A DNA stretch of 64,000 bases from Bacteroidales bacterium (GCA_021163295.1 JAGGXD010000186.1:5802-69801); one strand, 5' to 3'. Shown: positions 10,601 through 22,213, numbered from the stretch's first letter. The notes: generated by a model not told the origin, from the sequence alone. Program-made: numbers and translations.

Positions 10601-12031
10601 CTGATCACCATCAAAGTCAGCATTAAAAGCAGTACAAACCAATGGATGTAACTGAATTGCCTTTCCCTCAATAAGCTTAGGCTGGAATGCTTGTATACCA
10701 AGACGGTGAAGAGTTGGAGCCCTGTTTAGCAAGACAGGATGCCCCTTAAGTACACTTTCCAGTATATCCCATACAACGGGGTCTTTCCTGTCAACAATTT
10801 TTTTAGCTGACTTAACAGTCTTTACTATACCCCTTTCAATTAATTTCCTAATAATAAAAGGTTTATAAAGTTCAGCTGTCATATCCTTTGGCAACCCACA
10901 TTCATGAAGTTTAAGTTCCGGTCCAACGACAATAACAGACCTGGCTGAATAATCAACTCTTTTCCCAAGGAGATTCTGACGGAATCTTCCTTGCTTTCCT
11001 TTTAGGCTATCACTCAGCGATTTAAGCGGCCTGTTTCCATCGGTCTTAACAGCATTTGATTTCCTTGAATTATCAAATAATGAGTCAACTGATTCCTGAA
11101 GCATCCGTTTCTCATTACGGAGGATCACTTCGGGAGCTTTTATTTCAATAAGTCGCTTAAGCCTGTTATTTCTGATAATTACACGCCGGTAAAGATCGTT
11201 AAGGTCGGATGTGGCAAAACGTCCCCCATCAAGTGGTACAAGTGGTCTGAGCTCAGGAGGAATAACAGGTACTACTTTCACTATCATCCATTCGGGACGA
11301 TTTACTTTTGTTGATGCTCTGAATGCTTCAACAACCTGTAATCGTTTCAGGGCTTCATTCTTCCTTTGCTGCGAAGTTTCTGTATTTGCTTTATGTCTGA
11401 GAGAAAATGACATTTCATCCAGATTAAGACGTTCAAGCAAATGAAACAGAGCATCAGCACCCATCCCTGCAATAAACTTATCAGGATCGGTATCCTCAAG
11501 ATATTGATTCTCCTTTGGAAGACTTTCCAGAATCTCAAGATATTCTTCTTCAGTAAGGAAATCAAGATATTTAATACCATCTGCTTCTTTAACTCCCGGA
11601 TTAATTACCACATATCTTTCATAGTAAATAATAGAATCCAGTTTTTTGGTTGGAAGACCAAGAAGGTAACCCATTTTATTGGGGAGCGACTTGAAATACC
11701 AAATATGAGCAACAGGTACTACCAGGGAGATATGACCAATACGTTCGCGCCGCACTTTCTTTTCAGTAACTTCAACACCACAACGATCACAAACAATCCC
11801 CTTGTATCTTATCCTCTTATATTTACCACAATGGCATTCATAATCCTTAACAGGGCCAAATATTCGTTCACAAAACAAACCATCTCTTTCAGGTTTATAA
11901 GTTCTGTAATTTATTGTTTCGGGTTTCAGTACTTCTCCACACGAACGTTCAAGTATCTCCTCCGGTGAAGCCAGAGCAATTGAAATTTTTGTAAAATCAC
12001 TCTTAACCTTTGTATCTCTACGGAATGGCAT
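7700..12031 (-). CDS. rpoC: DNA-directed RNA polymerase beta' subunit
   Basis: 1443 aa with the catalytic [12 protein letters not shown] motif and zinc-binding [23 protein letters not shown]. Confidence 0.98.
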   Translation of the reverse strand: MPFRRDTKVKSDFTKISIALASPEEILERSCGEVLKPETINYRTYKPERDGLFCERIFGPVKDYECHCGKYKRIRYKGIVCDRCGVEVTEKKVRRERIGHISLVVPVAHIWYFKSLPNKMGYLLGLPTKKLDSIIYYERYVVINPGVKEADGIKYLDFLTEEEYLEILESLPKENQYLEDTDPDKFIAGMGADALFHLLERLNLDEMSFSLRHKANTETSQQRKNEALKRLQVVEAFRASTKVNRPEWMIVKVVPVIPPELRPLVPLDGGRFATSDLNDLYRRVIIRNNRLKRLIEIKAPEVILRNEKRMLQESVDSLFDNSRKSNAVKTDGNRPLKSLSDSLKGKQGRFRQNLLGKRVDYSARSVIVVGPELKLHECGLPKDMTAELYKPFIIRKLIERGIVKTVKSAKKIVDRKDPVVWDILESVLKGHPVLLNRAPTLHRLGIQAFQPKLIEGKAIQLHPLVCTAFNADFDGDQMAVHLPLGNSAILEAQMLMLASHNILNPANGAPIAVPSQDMVLGLYYITKAKKSTKSLKIRGEGLVFYSQEEVTIALNENKIDLHAIIKVKVDDIVDGKPVNHLIETTVGRVVFNKYVPKEVGFINELLTKKSLREIIGTVLKKSGTSTTANFLDDIKSLGFNMAFRGGLSFNLKDVIVPERKLELVKEGYDNVDEVMSNYNMGFITNNERYNQIIDIWTHTNAKLTQTLMKQLSSDKQGFNPVYMMLDSGARGSKEQIRQLSGMRGLMAKPQKSGATASEIIENPILSNFKEGLSVLEYFISTHGARKGLADTALKTADAGYLTRRLVDVSQDVVVSQLDCGSLRGLVASAIKKNEEVVETLYERILGRTTVHDVYNPLNNELIIASGEEITEEIARKIEESPIEEVEIRSVLTCESSRGVCAKCYGRNLSTGQMVQRGEAVGVIAAQSIGEPGTQLTLRTFHVGGTASSITAESSITSKFDGVVEIEELRTVEKKMEDGKKVDVVIGRLAEMRILDKETGIALSTHNIPYGSNLYIKNGNRIKKGDLLCDWDPYNALIISEEHGKVNFQQLIEGVTYREESDEQTGYKEKVIIETRDKTKNPTLRIVSGNKKETPSKSYNLPVSAHVIASEDSKVKEGDILAKIPRAIGKSGDITGGLPRVTELFEARNPSNPAVVSEIDGEIQFGKIKRGNREIIVTSRTGEVKKYLVPLSKQILVQENDYVRAGMPMSDGAITPLDILAIKGPTKVQEYIVNEVQEVYRLQGVKINDKHFEIIVRQMMRKVEIIDPGDTKFLEKQVVDKLGFMNENDWIYDKMIIIEVGDSQIFKNGQIITARKLRDENSILKRKDLKLIEARNAIPATSNQVLQGITKAALQTKSFMSAASFQETTKVLNEAAVFGRVDNLEGLKENVIVGHLIPAGTGARNYDKIVVGSMEEYEKLVSAKEKGKDVDEKGDVVKGEDNKE

Positions 12032-12065
12032 ATGTAAATAATTAAATTTTCACTAACATAAATAA

Positions 12066-15000
12066 CTAATCAAGACTCATACTGAGTCCAAGTCCTCTAA
12101 GTTCATGTAACAGAACATTAAGGGATTCAGGTATTCCCGGTGTAGGCATGGGTTCTCCTTTAACAATAGCTTCATACGACCGTGCTCTTCCAATAACATC
12201 ATCCGATTTCACTGTCAGGATTTCCTGAAGTATGTGTGATGCTCCGAAAGCCTCAAGAGCCCATACTTCCATCTCACCAAACCGCTGACCTCCGAATTGT
12301 GCTTTACCGCCAAGTGGTTGTTGTGTAATAAGTGAGTATGGTCCGATAGATCGTGCGTGCATTTTATCGTCAACCATATGTCCAAGTTTGAGCATATAGA
12401 TAATACCTACAGTAGCGGGCTGGGTAAATCGCTCGCCGGTACCTCCGTCGTACAAATAAGTTGTTCCATAATCAGGAAGACCTGCTTTTTTAGTATATTC
12501 AGATATTTGTTCTAAAGTTGCGCCATCAAATATTGGTGTTGAGAATTTTAATCCCAGACGTTGTCCTGCCCAACCCAAAACTGTTTCATATATCTGGCCA
12601 AGATTCATCCTTGATGGTACTCCCAGTGGGTTAAGTACAATATCCACAGGTGTTCCGTCTTCAAGGAAAGGCATATCTTCCTGCCGTACAATTTTGGCAA
12701 CAATACCCTTATTTCCATGACGTCCGGCCATTTTATCGCCAACCTTTATTTTCCGCTTCCTGGCCAGATAAACTTTAGCCATTTGAATAATACCGGTAGG
12801 AAGTTCATCCCCAATAGAAATATTGTATTTCTCTCTCCGGCGGATAGCTTCTATATCTTTATGCTTTGTAAGATAATTATGGACAAGAAGCTTAATAGTT
12901 TCATTTTTCTTCTTATCGGTAGTCCATTTATTCAGGTTAACATTGAGATAATTAATCTCCTGTAGTTGTTTAAGAGTAAATTTTGTACCCTTAGGAATAA
13001 GATCAACATTCAGGTTATCTTTAACCCCCTGAGAAGTTTTCCCATTTACAAGGATAAAAATTTTATCAACCAGTTTGGTGTCTAATTCTTCGAGTTCCTT
13101 TTGTAACCCGGCTTCTATCTTATCCAGTATTGGTTTTTCTGCAATTTTCGATCTTCTGTCCTTAACAGGACGTGAGAAAAGGTTTTTCTTAACTACCACT
13201 CCGTCGAGTGATGGTCCGGCTTTCAAAGAAGCATCTTTAACATCACCCGCTTTATCGCCGAAAATGGCACGAAGCAGTTTCTCTTCCGGAGAGGGATCGG
13301 ATTCACCTTTTGGTGTAATTTTTCCTATAAGAATATCCCCGGGTTTGATATGTGCACCAATACGAATCAACCCATGTTCATCCAAATCTTTAGTTGCCTC
13401 TTCACTAACATTAGGAATATCTGATGTAAGTTCTTCAAGACCTCTTTTTGTATCTCTAACTTCAAGAGAATGTTCTTCTATATGTATTGATGTAAAGATA
13501 TCATCACGTACTACACGATCAGATATCACGATAGCATCCTCGAAATTATATCCTTTCCATGGCATGAATGCCACTTTTAAATTTCTACCAAGTGCAAGTT
13601 CTCCATTTTCTGTACCAAAACCCTCAGTAAGAACCTGACCTTTCATAACCTTTTCGCCTTTTGAAACAATCGGGATAAGATTAATACAAGTATTCTGGTT
13701 TGTTTTTTTATACTTTGGAAGAACATATTTTTTCACATCATCATCGAAGCTAATAAACTTCTCAATATCACTTCGTGTATAGCGGACTACTATTTCGTTA
13801 GCATCAACATATTCAACAACACCGTCACTTTCTGCGACAATTAATATTCTTGAATCCTGGATCATTGTTTTTTCCAGGCCTGTACCAACAATAGGTGCTT
13901 CAGGATTAATAAGAGGCACTGCCTGTCTCATCATATTAGAACCCATAAGAGCTCTGTTTGCATCGTCATTCTCAAGAAATGGGATCAGGGAAGCAGCAAT
14001 TGAAGCAATCTGATTTGGAGCAACATCCATTAAGTCAACATTGCCTGCTTCCTCATGCGGAAAATCACCTTCGTAGCGTGCCTTAACCTTGGGGTTAACA
14101 AACATACCATTCTCGTTTATAGGTGCATTTGCCTGAGCAATTACCTTTTTTTCTTCTTCCTCAGCACTCAGGAAAACCACACCATTATCATTTAAATCCA
14201 CCTTCCCATCTTTAACATTTCTATAAGGTGTTTCAATAAAACCAAGTTTATTGATCTTGGCATAAACACACAGTGATGATATCAGTCCAATATTTGGTCC
14301 TTCGGGTGTTTCAATAGGGCAAAGTCTTCCATAGTGTGTATAGTGCACATCACGAACCTCGAATCCAGCTCTTTCCCGTGATAAACCACCTGGTCCAAGT
14401 GCTGACATTCTTCGTTTATGGGTCATTTCAGCCAGCGGATTAGTCTGATCCATAAATTGGGACAATTGGTTTGTTCCGAAAAAGGAATTAATAACTGAAG
14501 AGAGAGTCTTCGAATTAATCAGGTCAACAGGAGTAAAAACCTCATTATCGCGAACATTCATTCTTTCACGAATGGTTCTTGCCATACGGGCTAAACCTAC
14601 ACCAAACTGATTATGAAGTTGTTCGCCTACTGTTCTTACTCTACGATTACTTAAATGGTCAATATCATCAACATCTGTTTTTGAGTTTATAAGTTCTATC
14701 AGATACTTAATAATCTTAATAATATCTTCCATTGTAAGGACACTTGTATCCATAGGGATATCAAGACCCAGTTTCCTGTTTATTCTAAATCTTCCGACAT
14801 CTCCCAGATCGTAACGTTTGTCTGAGAAAAACAGATTTTCAATCACTTCGCGGGCAGTTCCTTCATCAGGTGGTTCAGAATTACGTAATTGACGGTAAAT
14901 ATGAACAACAGCTTCTTTCTCCGAGTTGCATGGATCTTTCTGTAGAGTATTAAAAATAATCTCAAAATCAGAGATATTTTTTTCTATATTATGAAGCAGG

Positions 15001-15875
15001 ATCGTTTTTGACCCGGAATTGACAATATCTTCAATATGTGCTTCTTCCAAAACTGTTTCCCTATCAATTATCACTTCATTTCGTTCAATTGACACTACTT
15101 CACCTGTATCTTCATCAACAAAGTCTTCAACCCATGATTTCAGTACTCGTGCAGCAAGTTTTCTTCCAACAAGTTTTTTCAGAGCCGTTTTAGAAACCTT
15201 AAATTCTTCAGCAAGATCAAATATTTCAAGTATATCTTTATCGGTTTCGTAGCCAATAGCACGTAATAATGTTGTAACCGGCAATTTCTTTTTCCGATCA
15301 ATGTAAGCATACATCACATTATTAATATCGGTTGCAAATTCTATCCATGAACCTTTGAATGGAATTATCCTGGCCGAATACAATTTTGTACCGTTAGCAT
15401 GAATACTTTGCCCGAAGAAAACTCCGGGTGATCGATGTAGCTGTGACACAATTACTCTTTCTGCCCCATTAACTACAAAGGTTCCACGTTCAGTCATATA
15501 AGGAACAACGCCTAAATATACCTCCTGTATAACCGTATCAAAATCTTCATGTTCAGGATCGGTACAATACAATTTCAATTTAGCCTTCAAAGGGACACTA
15601 TAAGTTAAACCTCTTTCCAGACATTCATCAATAGTGTAACGTGGAGGATCAATGGTATAATCAAGAAATTCCAGAACAAAATTATTCCTTGTATCAGTAA
15701 TTGGGTAGTTTTCGTTAAAGACTTTATATAGTCCTTCATTTTTCCTTTGTTCCTGAATAGTATTCAGTTGAAAAAAATTTCGGAATGATTTCAACTGAAT
15801 ATCCAAAAAATCAGGATAATCCATTTGTTCAGAAATGGAAGCAAAACTAATTCTTTCGTTTGTTTTCGAGGACAT
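12066..15875 (-). CDS. rpoB: DNA-directed RNA polymerase beta subunit
   Basis: 1269 aa with conserved [18 protein letters not shown] and [15 protein letters not shown] motifs. Confidence 0.98.
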   Translation of the reverse strand: MSSKTNERISFASISEQMDYPDFLDIQLKSFRNFFQLNTIQEQRKNEGLYKVFNENYPITDTRNNFVLEFLDYTIDPPRYTIDECLERGLTYSVPLKAKLKLYCTDPEHEDFDTVIQEVYLGVVPYMTERGTFVVNGAERVIVSQLHRSPGVFFGQSIHANGTKLYSARIIPFKGSWIEFATDINNVMYAYIDRKKKLPVTTLLRAIGYETDKDILEIFDLAEEFKVSKTALKKLVGRKLAARVLKSWVEDFVDEDTGEVVSIERNEVIIDRETVLEEAHIEDIVNSGSKTILLHNIEKNISDFEIIFNTLQKDPCNSEKEAVVHIYRQLRNSEPPDEGTAREVIENLFFSDKRYDLGDVGRFRINRKLGLDIPMDTSVLTMEDIIKIIKYLIELINSKTDVDDIDHLSNRRVRTVGEQLHNQFGVGLARMARTIRERMNVRDNEVFTPVDLINSKTLSSVINSFFGTNQLSQFMDQTNPLAEMTHKRRMSALGPGGLSRERAGFEVRDVHYTHYGRLCPIETPEGPNIGLISSLCVYAKINKLGFIETPYRNVKDGKVDLNDNGVVFLSAEEEEKKVIAQANAPINENGMFVNPKVKARYEGDFPHEEAGNVDLMDVAPNQIASIAASLIPFLENDDANRALMGSNMMRQAVPLINPEAPIVGTGLEKTMIQDSRILIVAESDGVVEYVDANEIVVRYTRSDIEKFISFDDDVKKYVLPKYKKTNQNTCINLIPIVSKGEKVMKGQVLTEGFGTENGELALGRNLKVAFMPWKGYNFEDAIVISDRVVRDDIFTSIHIEEHSLEVRDTKRGLEELTSDIPNVSEEATKDLDEHGLIRIGAHIKPGDILIGKITPKGESDPSPEEKLLRAIFGDKAGDVKDASLKAGPSLDGVVVKKNLFSRPVKDRRSKIAEKPILDKIEAGLQKELEELDTKLVDKIFILVNGKTSQGVKDNLNVDLIPKGTKFTLKQLQEINYLNVNLNKWTTDKKKNETIKLLVHNYLTKHKDIEAIRRREKYNISIGDELPTGIIQMAKVYLARKRKIKVGDKMAGRHGNKGIVAKIVRQEDMPFLEDGTPVDIVLNPLGVPSRMNLGQIYETVLGWAGQRLGLKFSTPIFDGATLEQISEYTKKAGLPDYGTTYLYDGGTGERFTQPATVGIIYMLKLGHMVDDKMHARSIGPYSLITQQPLGGKAQFGGQRFGEMEVWALEAFGASHILQEILTVKSDDVIGRARSYEAIVKGEPMPTPGIPESLNVLLHELRGLGLSMSLD

Positions 15876-15921
15876 TCTAAAAAGATTATGTTGACATAAT
15901 ATATATATATATATAACGACG

Positions 15922-15955
15922 AAAAGGTCTAGAATCCTTAACCGGATTCCAAACC
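15922..15955 (-). terminator. rplL-rpoB intergenic hairpin (attenuator/partial terminator)
   Basis: On the minus strand GGTTTGGAATCC-GGTTAA-GGATTCTAGACC forms a 12-bp stem with 2 G-U pairs, followed by TTTT. The position is equivalent to the known rplL-rpoB attenuator of other bacteria. Confidence 0.5.
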
Positions 15956-15986
15956 TGAGAAACCTAATAATATAAGGTGATAGTTT

Positions 15987-16367
15987 CTATTTAACTTCAA
16001 CTTCTGCTCCTGCTTCTTCTAATTGATTTTTAAGAGATTCCGCTTCGTCTTTAGTTACACCTTCCTTAACAGGTTTTGGTGCTGAGTCAACCAGACCTTT
16101 AGCTTCTTTAAGCCCTAATCCGGTAAGTTCCTTAACCAGTTTTACTACCTGAAGTTTTGCTCCACCCGGAGCAGTAAGTACAACATCAAATTCAGTCTGT
16201 TCTGCAACTCCGCCTTCTTCACCAGCACCACCGGCTCCTCCGGCAACAGCAACAGCTGCAGCTGCTGGTTCAATTCCGTATTCTTCTTTAAGAACATTTG
16301 CCAACTCATTAACTTCTTTTACAGTAAGGTTAACCAATTCTTCTGCTAACTTTTTTACATCTGCCAT
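15987..16367 (-). CDS. rplL: 50S ribosomal protein L7/L12
   Basis: Starts [22 protein letters not shown] and ends [14 protein letters not shown], with an Ala/Gly hinge. The track ORF (to 16424) is an upstream in-frame extension. The ATG at 16367 was verified in the sequence. Confidence 0.95.
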   Translation of the reverse strand: MADVKKLAEELVNLTVKEVNELANVLKEEYGIEPAAAAVAVAGGAGGAGEEGGVAEQTEFDVVLTAPGGAKLQVVKLVKELTGLGLKEAKGLVDSAPKPVKEGVTKDEAESLKNQLEEAGAEVEVK

Positions 16368-16407
16368 TTTCTTGTTTTTTTTTAAAGTTTTATTATAATT
16401 ATTTTTA

Positions 16408-16926
16408 TTATTCTCTATCAGCAAGTGTTTTCACAACACCTGATATAATACTTTTACCTGACTGCAGTGCTGAAATAACATTCTTTGCAGGTGATTGAAG
16501 TAGCATAATTACATCTGCAATGAGTTCTTCCTTAGACTTAATACTAACGAGATCTTCAAGTTTTTCATCTCCGATATAAAGTCCTTCTTCAACAAAAGCA
16601 GCCTTTAGTACAGGCTTATCATGTTTTTTTCTAAACTCTTTAATAATTTTCGCCGGAACATTACCGGTATTAGAAAACATGATTGAGGTCGGTTGTTCAA
16701 GCAATGGATACAATTCCTGAAAGTCACCTTCAGAATTTTCCAAAGCAATTTTCAATAGTGTGTTTTTAACTACAATCAGCCTAATTTCATTTTCAAAGCA
16801 TTTCCTACGCAGTGCACTTGAGTCTTCGGCGTTAAGCTCAGAAACGTCAGCAAGATAAAAATGAGAATATTCATTTATCTTCTCTGCCAGATCTTTGATG
16901 ATTATATTTTTCTCTTCTTTATTCAT
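16408..16926 (-). CDS. rplJ: 50S ribosomal protein L10
   Basis: [17 protein letters not shown]... is L10-like, and the gene sits between rplA and rplL. The ATG at 16926 was chosen over the longer track ORF that overlaps rplA. Confidence 0.9.
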   Translation of the reverse strand: MNKEEKNIIIKDLAEKINEYSHFYLADVSELNAEDSSALRRKCFENEIRLIVVKNTLLKIALENSEGDFQELYPLLEQPTSIMFSNTGNVPAKIIKEFRKKHDKPVLKAAFVEEGLYIGDEKLEDLVSIKSKEELIADVIMLLQSPAKNVISALQSGKSIISGVVKTLADRE

Positions 16927-16957
16927 AGTAACATACACCTCTTTTATCTCAATTAAC

Positions 16958-17656
16958 TTAATCTTCGTTAAAGGCTTTAACATCGATCTTTATTGCCGGA
17001 CTCATGGTACTTGAAAGATATATAGATTTTATATATGTACCTTTTGCAGAAGCCGGTTTCAGTTTCACAACTGAATTGATAAATTCTCTTGCATTTTCAA
17101 CAATCTTTTGTGGTTCAAATGAAACCTTTCCAATAGATGTATGAACGATACCATATTTATCTACTTTAAAATCGATTTTCCCTTTTTTTACTTCTGAAAC
17201 TGCTTTTCCAACGTCTGTAGTAACAGTTCCACTTTTCGGATTAGGCATTAGTCCACGCGGTCCGAGTACTCTTCCCAATGGTCCAACTTTACCCATAACC
17301 TGAGGCATAGTGATAATAACATCCACATCTGTCCAGCCACCTTTTATTTTTTCGACAAACTCATCGAGTCCTACAAAATCGGCACCGGCATTCTTAGCCT
17401 CCTCCTCTTTGTCAGGTGTACATAACACCAGTACACGGGTTTCTTTGCCCGTACCATTAGGAAGGGTTACTACCCCACGAACCATCTGGTTAGATTTTCT
17501 TGGGTCAATACCTAATCTGATATTGAGGTCAAGAGAAGCATCAAATTTGGTTGTTGAAATCTCTTTCACCAAACCAGCAGCTTCAATTAACCTGTATAGT
17601 TTACCTTCTTCAATTTTTTCAAGAGCTACTTTTCTATTTTTAGTATACTTAGTCAT
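16958..17656 (-). CDS. rplA: 50S ribosomal protein L1
   Basis: 232 aa. [24 protein letters not shown] and [15 protein letters not shown] are typical of L1. Confidence 0.95.
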   Translation of the reverse strand: MTKYTKNRKVALEKIEEGKLYRLIEAAGLVKEISTTKFDASLDLNIRLGIDPRKSNQMVRGVVTLPNGTGKETRVLVLCTPDKEEEAKNAGADFVGLDEFVEKIKGGWTDVDVIITMPQVMGKVGPLGRVLGPRGLMPNPKSGTVTTDVGKAVSEVKKGKIDFKVDKYGIVHTSIGKVSFEPQKIVENAREFINSVVKLKPASAKGTYIKSIYLSSTMSPAIKIDVKAFNED

Positions 17657-17676
17657 TCTAATTGAAGTATTAAATT

Positions 17677-18120
17677 TTAATTATTTCCCGGGAATGAACC
17701 TTTTACATTAATTCCCATACTACGGGCAGTACCAGCCACTAGTTTCATTGCAGACTCAACAGTAAATGCATTTAAATCAGGCATTTTCTCCTCGGCAATT
17801 TTCTTCACCTGCTCCCATGTTACTGTTGCAATCTTAGTTTTGTTCGGCTCAGCTGACCCGGACTTTTTCTTTGATGCTTCAAGTAACTGAACAGCTACAG
17901 GTGGAGTTTTTGTTACAAAAGTGAATGATTTATCCATATATACCGTAATAATAACTGGAATAAGTTTTCCTGCTTTATCCTGCGTTTTGGCGTTAAACTG
18001 TTTGCAAAACTCCATTATACTCACACCTTTAGCACCTAAAGCAGGCCCTACCGGAGGTGATGGATTTGCTGCACCGCCACGAATCTGTAACTTAATAATT
18101 CCAGAAACTTCTTTTGCCAT
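17677..18120 (-). CDS. rplK: 50S ribosomal protein L11
   Basis: 147 aa. [20 protein letters not shown] is the L11 signature. Confidence 0.95.
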   Translation of the reverse strand: MAKEVSGIIKLQIRGGAANPSPPVGPALGAKGVSIMEFCKQFNAKTQDKAGKLIPVIITVYMDKSFTFVTKTPPVAVQLLEASKKKSGSAEPNKTKIATVTWEQVKKIAEEKMPDLNAFTVESAMKLVAGTARSMGINVKGSFPGNN

Positions 18121-18222
18121 AATCTGGTTTTGTTTAATAGTTATTGGTAAAACATGTGATAGTTACTCAGGAAGCATTATAATTTTCATAACTATCTATA
18201 TTAATAATTCTCCAAAGGAGAT

Positions 18223-18771
18223 TTATTCTTTTTCAACCTGCATAAAGCTAAGTTCCAGCGGCGTTTTCCTGCCGAAAATCTTAACCATAACTTTCAATTT
18301 TTTCTTTTCTTCGTTCACTACTTCAATAATACCGTTAAACCCATTGAAAGGACCATCAATTACTTTAACCGACTCACCCATAAAATATGGAACTGTAATT
18401 TCTTCATCACTTGATGCCAATTCATCAACTTTACCAAGTATCCTGTTCACTTCTGATTCTCTCAAAGGAAGGGGACTACCTCCTTTTGAACCTCCGAGAA
18501 AACCAATTACATTAGGAATACCCCTAAGAATGTGTTCTACTTCACCAACAAGAACTGCTTCAATAAGAACATATCCGGGAAAAAAGTTTCTCTCTTTGCT
18601 TATTTTTTTTCCATTCCTAATCTGATAAACTTTTTCAGTTGGTATTAATATCTGGGCAACAAAATCCTGCAAATTCAATCTCTTCACTTCGCTTTCAATG
18701 TACTCCAATACTTTTTTTTCCTTCCCGCCAATTGCTCTCAGCACATACCATTTCGTTTCTTTCTTTCCCAT
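18223..18771 (-). CDS. nusG: Transcription termination/antitermination factor NusG
   Basis: MGKKETKWYVLRAIGGKEKK, an NGN domain, and a C-terminal KOW (GESVKVIDGPFNGFNGIIEVV). The ATG at 18771 was verified. The longer track ORF overlaps secE. Confidence 0.9.
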   Translation of the reverse strand: MGKKETKWYVLRAIGGKEKKVLEYIESEVKRLNLQDFVAQILIPTEKVYQIRNGKKISKERNFFPGYVLIEAVLVGEVEHILRGIPNVIGFLGGSKGGSPLPLRESEVNRILGKVDELASSDEEITVPYFMGESVKVIDGPFNGFNGIIEVVNEEKKKLKVMVKIFGRKTPLELSFMQVEKE

Positions 18772-18784
18772 AGAACAACTGGTT

Positions 18785-18976
18785 TTAATAGAACATACCA
18801 TAAATAAATCCCATGATATTCTCAAAGGAATAATCCATAATAAAAACAACAATAGCTATTATCAGAGATGCAATCATCACAACAACTGAACTACTTTGTA
18901 ATTCCCCCCAGGTTGGCCATGACACTTTGTGGAGTAGTTCATTATATGCATCATTTAAATACTTTATCACTTTCAT
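18785..18976 (-). CDS. secE: Preprotein translocase subunit SecE
   Basis: 63 aa with a single C-terminal TM helix and VSWPTWGEL (SecE-like). Position is the canonical tRNA-Trp-secE-nusG. Confidence 0.8.
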   Translation of the reverse strand: MKVIKYLNDAYNELLHKVSWPTWGELQSSSVVVMIASLIIAIVVFIMDYSFENIMGFIYGMFY

Positions 18977-18992
18977 AGTTCATTTGCATTTG

Positions 18993-19065
18993 CACGGGTG
19001 GAGAGGCTCGAACTCCCGACACCTGGTTTTGGAGACCAGTGCTCTACCAACTGAGCTACACCCGT
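18993..19065 (-). tRNA. tRNA-Trp (anticodon CCA)
   Basis: Hand-folded. Acceptor ACGGGTG/CACCCGT, D-arm GCTCAGTTGGTAGAGC, anticodon loop CTCCAAA, T-arm GGGAGTTCGAGCCTCTC. Confidence 0.9.
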
Positions 19066-19153
19066 CTGCCTATTTAATTTACACATTTAAGGGTTATGAA
19101 CCCAATCGAATCCCTAACCCTAAATGATTAATTCTCAATCAGGTTATTATTTA

Positions 19154-20341
19154 CTATTCAACAATTTCGATTACCTGGCCTGCTCCAACAGTTCTGCCTC
19201 CTTCACGAATAGCAAAACGTAATCCTTTATCAATTGCAACAGGGTAAATTAACTTCACAGTTATAGTAACATTATCACCAGGCATAACCATTTCCGTACC
19301 TTCAGGAAGGGCAATTTCTCCTGTTACATCAAGAGTTCTGAGATAAAACTGCGGACGATATTTTTGATGGAAAGGAGTATGACGTCCACCTTCATCTTTT
19401 TTAAGAACATACACTTCAGCTTTAAAAGTTGTATGTGGTTTTATTGCACCGGGTTTTGCCAATACCATTCCGCGCTTAATCTCATTTTTGTCCACACCAC
19501 GCAGTAATAATCCAACGTTATCACCTGCTTCACCGCGGTCAAGAATTTTCCTAAACATCTCAACCCCTGTACAAACAGTCTTTCTAAGGTCAGCACCAAG
19601 ACCAACCATTTCAAGTGGATCACCGGTGTTTACAATTCCTGTTTCGATACGTCCGGTTGCTACAGTGCCACGACCTGTAATTGAAAAGATATCTTCAACA
19701 GGCATCAGGAATGGTTTTTCATTGTCACGCGGAGGAATTGGAATATACTCGTCAACAGCTTTCATCAGCTCAAGTATTTTTTCCTCCCATTTAGCTTCAC
19801 CATTCATTGCTCCAAGAGCCGAACCCTGAATTACAGGGACATTATCGCCATCAAATTTATAAAAACTCAGTAATTCACGAATTTCCATTTCAACAAGCTC
19901 CAACATTTCTTCGTCATCAACCATATCTACCTTACTCATGAAAACAACGATTTTCGGAACATTTACCTGGCGAGCAAGAAGGATATGTTCACGTGTTTGT
20001 GGCATTGGACCATCCGTTGCAGCAACAACCAGAATTGCACCATCCATTTGTGCCGCACCGGTTACCATATTCTTAACATAGTCAGCGTGTCCCGGACAGT
20101 CGACATGTGCGTAGTGACGTGATTCAGTTTGATACTCAACATGAGCAGTATTAATTGTAATACCCCTTTCTTTTTCCTCAGGGGCATTATCAATTGAATC
20201 AAAGTCCATAATATCTGACAAGCCTGCTTTATGTAAAACCCTTGTGATTGCAGATGTCAAAGTAGTTTTCCCATGATCAACATGACCTATAGTCCCTATG
20301 TTGACATGTGGTTTTGATCTATCAAATTTTTCTTTAGCCAT
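19154..20341 (-). CDS. tuf: Elongation factor Tu
   Basis: 395 aa with [17 protein letters not shown] and NKVD-like SKVD motifs. Full-length EF-Tu. Confidence 0.98.
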   Translation of the reverse strand: MAKEKFDRSKPHVNIGTIGHVDHGKTTLTSAITRVLHKAGLSDIMDFDSIDNAPEEKERGITINTAHVEYQTESRHYAHVDCPGHADYVKNMVTGAAQMDGAILVVAATDGPMPQTREHILLARQVNVPKIVVFMSKVDMVDDEEMLELVEMEIRELLSFYKFDGDNVPVIQGSALGAMNGEAKWEEKILELMKAVDEYIPIPPRDNEKPFLMPVEDIFSITGRGTVATGRIETGIVNTGDPLEMVGLGADLRKTVCTGVEMFRKILDRGEAGDNVGLLLRGVDKNEIKRGMVLAKPGAIKPHTTFKAEVYVLKKDEGGRHTPFHQKYRPQFYLRTLDVTGEIALPEGTEMVMPGDNVTITVKLIYPVAIDKGLRFAIREGGRTVGAGQVIEIVE

Positions 20342-20399
20342 AACTCCAGTAAATTATTGATTAAGTGATTGAAAATTAATTATTTTAATATGTTTGTTG

Positions 20400-20471
20400 A
20401 GCCAATGACGAGAATTGAACTCGTGACCTCTTCCTTACCAAGGAAGCGCTCTACCCCTGAGCTACATCGGC
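20400..20471 (-). tRNA. tRNA-Thr (anticodon GGT)
   Basis: Hand-folded. Acceptor GCCGATG/CATTGGC, anticodon arm CTTCC-TTGGTAA-GGAAG, T-loop GTTCAATTC. Confidence 0.9.
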
Positions 20472-20481
20472 CGTCGGTTAG

Positions 20482-20554
20482 AGCGGGAGACGGAACTCGA
20501 ATCCGCGACCCTCAGCTTGGAAGGCTGATGCTCTACCAACTGAGCTACTCCCGC
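20482..20554 (-). tRNA. tRNA-Gly (anticodon TCC)
   Basis: Hand-folded. Acceptor GCGGGAG/CTCCCGC, anticodon arm TCAGC-CTTCCAA-GCTGA. Confidence 0.9.
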
Positions 20555-20615
20555 GATAAAGTGTAAGTGTGGTGTTTTATTCCCGCAAATACAATCATAC
20601 TTATTAACCAACAGG

Positions 20616-20698
20616 TGGGGAGAGCAGGATTCGAACCTACGAAGGCGTCTGCCAGCAGATTTACAGTCTGCCCCGGTTGGCCACTTTGGTATCTCCCC
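20616..20698 (-). tRNA. tRNA-Tyr (anticodon GTA), long variable arm
   Basis: Hand-folded. Acceptor GGGGAGA/TCTCCCC, anticodon loop CTGTAAA. The 83-nt length fits a class II tRNA. Confidence 0.9.
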
Positions 20699-20764
20699 TA
20701 TTGTAAAAAACCTGCTAATATATTCTTAACAAGCTGGTTTTGTTTTCCAAACAATTGTCAAACG

Positions 20765-20838
20765 AGCCGATGGAGGGATTCGAACCCACGACCTGCTGAT
20801 TACAAATCAGCTGCTCTGACCAACTGAGCTACATCGGC
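20765..20838 (-). tRNA. tRNA-Thr (anticodon TGT)
   Basis: Hand-folded. Acceptor GCCGATG/CATCGGC, anticodon arm GCTGA-TTTGTAA-TCAGC. Confidence 0.9.
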
Positions 20839-20887
20839 AATTTTTAAAGAACGTTCCTATCCCATTTAACCTCTAAAAATTGGTTTG

Positions 20888-20919
20888 CAAATTTATAAAT
20901 ATTTTATTGATAACCCAAA
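20888..20919 (-). promoter_or_regulatory. Putative Bacteroidota-type promoter of the tRNA-tuf operon
   Basis: Minus strand carries TTTG (20919-20916), a 20-nt spacer, then TAAATTTG (20895-20888). This matches the -33 TTTG / -7 TAnnTTTG consensus, 49 nt upstream of the first tRNA. Confidence 0.45.
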
Positions 20920-20946
20920 AAATAATTTGTATATTTTTATCAGCCT

Positions 20947-21246
20947 TTAAATCCCCCTTTGTTTCCCTTTTTGTTTAGTGATTTGTCGCCTCAAAGCATC
21001 AATGGCAATGTCAGTTGCTTCTTCGAAAGTTTTGCTTTGTTTTTTTGCAAATAATGGGTTGCGAGGTATATCAAGTTTTATTTCAACTATCTTATTATTG
21101 TCATCCTGAACATTAATTAACCTTAAAAAAATATCAGCAGCAAGAATATCATCTCTGTACTGCAATAATTTATTCACCTTAACCTGTATAAAGTCGAGAA
21201 GTTTCTTGTCGGCATCAAAACGAACTGAATGAATCTGAATCTCCAT
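20947..21246 (-). CDS. hpf: Ribosome hibernation promoting factor (short HPF/RaiA type)
   Basis: 99 aa. The pattern MEIQIHSVRFDADKKLLDFIQVKVNKL...FEEATDIAIDALRRQI is typical of sigma-54 modulation protein/HPF. Confidence 0.8.
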   Translation of the reverse strand: MEIQIHSVRFDADKKLLDFIQVKVNKLLQYRDDILAADIFLRLINVQDDNNKIVEIKLDIPRNPLFAKKQSKTFEEATDIAIDALRRQITKQKGKQRGI

Positions 21247-21259
21247 AATAATATAGATT

Positions 21260-22147
21260 TTATGCTCGGGGATGAGCTAGTTTATAAACTTGTTTTAATT
21301 TCTCGAAAGTATTATGTGTATATATTTGTGTTGCAGATAAATTTGCATGACCCAGCAATTCTTTAACTGCATTTAAATCTGCTCCATTATTTAATAGATG
21401 TGTAGCAAATGTATGCCGGAGAATATGAGGACTTTTCTTCTCAATCGTTGTTACAAACTCTAAATGCTTCTTCACAATAAGGTAAACCAATTTACCATAC
21501 ATCTTTTTCCCCTTATCTGATAAAAGAAAATAAGAATCCACAAGTCCGGGAAAAACTTCATTCCGGCATTTCAGATATTTTTCAATATTTACCTTCACCT
21601 CTTTTGTAAACGGTATCATCCTCTCTTTATTCCTTTTACCTAACACCTTAAGGGTTTTCCCTTCAATATCAACATTTTGATCACGCATTCCTATTAATTC
21701 TTCTCTTCTAATTCCTGTAGCATATAATATCTCTATTATCAACCTATTCCTTATTCCGCTAAAATCTTCTCCAAAATCATATTGATCAAGCAACTTGTCC
21801 ATATGCTCCTTTTCAACAAATTCGGGTAGTTTTGCTTTTTGCTTCAGGCCCGGAATACCATTCATCGGGTTTTTTGTGATAGCACCTTCTCTAATTAGGA
21901 ACCGGTAAAATGTTTTCAGGGTAGTTAATTTTCTGTTTACCGAGCGTGGAGCTAAACTTTCTTCCATAAGCTGAACAACCCAGCCTCTAACAACCTTAAC
22001 ATCAACCTCATCAAGACTCAGGTTTTTATGAACCGATTTACAATACCTGATAAATTGATCCAAATCAATACTATAGGATTGTACGGTGTTAGGAGAATTT
22101 CGTTTTTCGTGCTGTAGATACCCTAAAAAGGATTCCCTGTAATTCAT
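21260..22147 (-). CDS. Tyrosine site-specific recombinase, XerC/XerD-like
   Basis: N-terminal SAM-like domain ([19 protein letters not shown]). Catalytic residues lie in the contexts [21 protein letters not shown] and [14 protein letters not shown]. Start set to the ATG at 22147. The track start at 22165 is a TTG inside a G/C tract. Confidence 0.75.
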   Translation of the reverse strand: MNYRESFLGYLQHEKRNSPNTVQSYSIDLDQFIRYCKSVHKNLSLDEVDVKVVRGWVVQLMEESLAPRSVNRKLTTLKTFYRFLIREGAITKNPMNGIPGLKQKAKLPEFVEKEHMDKLLDQYDFGEDFSGIRNRLIIEILYATGIRREELIGMRDQNVDIEGKTLKVLGKRNKERMIPFTKEVKVNIEKYLKCRNEVFPGLVDSYFLLSDKGKKMYGKLVYLIVKKHLEFVTTIEKKSPHILRHTFATHLLNNGADLNAVKELLGHANLSATQIYTHNTFEKLKQVYKLAHPRA

Positions 22148-22213
22148 ATATGGGGGCCCCCCCAAATAAAATTAAATAAAGCCCGTCTATATAGTTAAGT
22201 AAAATTGATTTAA

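Noticed and set aside
11441-13638. Long + strand ORFs inside rpoC/rpoB (11441-11968, 175 aa; 13075-13638, 187 aa; also 9902-10090, 12717-12965, 15019-15252)
   Set aside because: They are antisense to unambiguous rpoB/rpoC coding sequence. The translations are low-complexity (Ser/Ile/Phe-rich) with no recognisable motifs. This is typical of shadow ORFs.
18121-18222. Possible ribosomal-protein autoregulatory leader upstream of rplK
   Set aside because: I could not identify an rRNA-mimic structure or a promoter motif by eye in the 102-nt spacer, so it is left unannotated.
17310-18625. + strand ORFs of 133 aa and 234 aa opposite rplA, rplK and nusG
   Set aside because: They are antisense shadows of highly conserved ribosomal-protein and nusG genes, with low-complexity translations.
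16368-18852. N-terminal extensions of rplL (to 16424), rplJ (to 16983) and nusG (to 18852); the same issue affects def (to 63252)
   Set aside because: The extensions overlap the preceding genes and add non-homologous residues. Internal ATGs give canonical N-termini (MADVKK, MNKEEK, MGKKETKWYV, MVFPIYVYGHPVL).
18927-20827. ORFs 18927-19127, 20369-20566 and 20567-20827 (+)
   Set aside because: They run across the complementary strand of five hand-folded tRNA genes and are artefacts of open frames through tRNA sequence.
21260-22165. Tyrosine recombinase next to a tRNA cluster as a possible integrative element
   Set aside because: There is no cargo: it is flanked directly by hpf and rpsU. I found no flanking direct repeats of a tRNA 3' end, and as far as I recall the rpsU-recombinase-hpf-tRNA-tuf context is conserved. 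It is treated as a Xer-like housekeeping gene.
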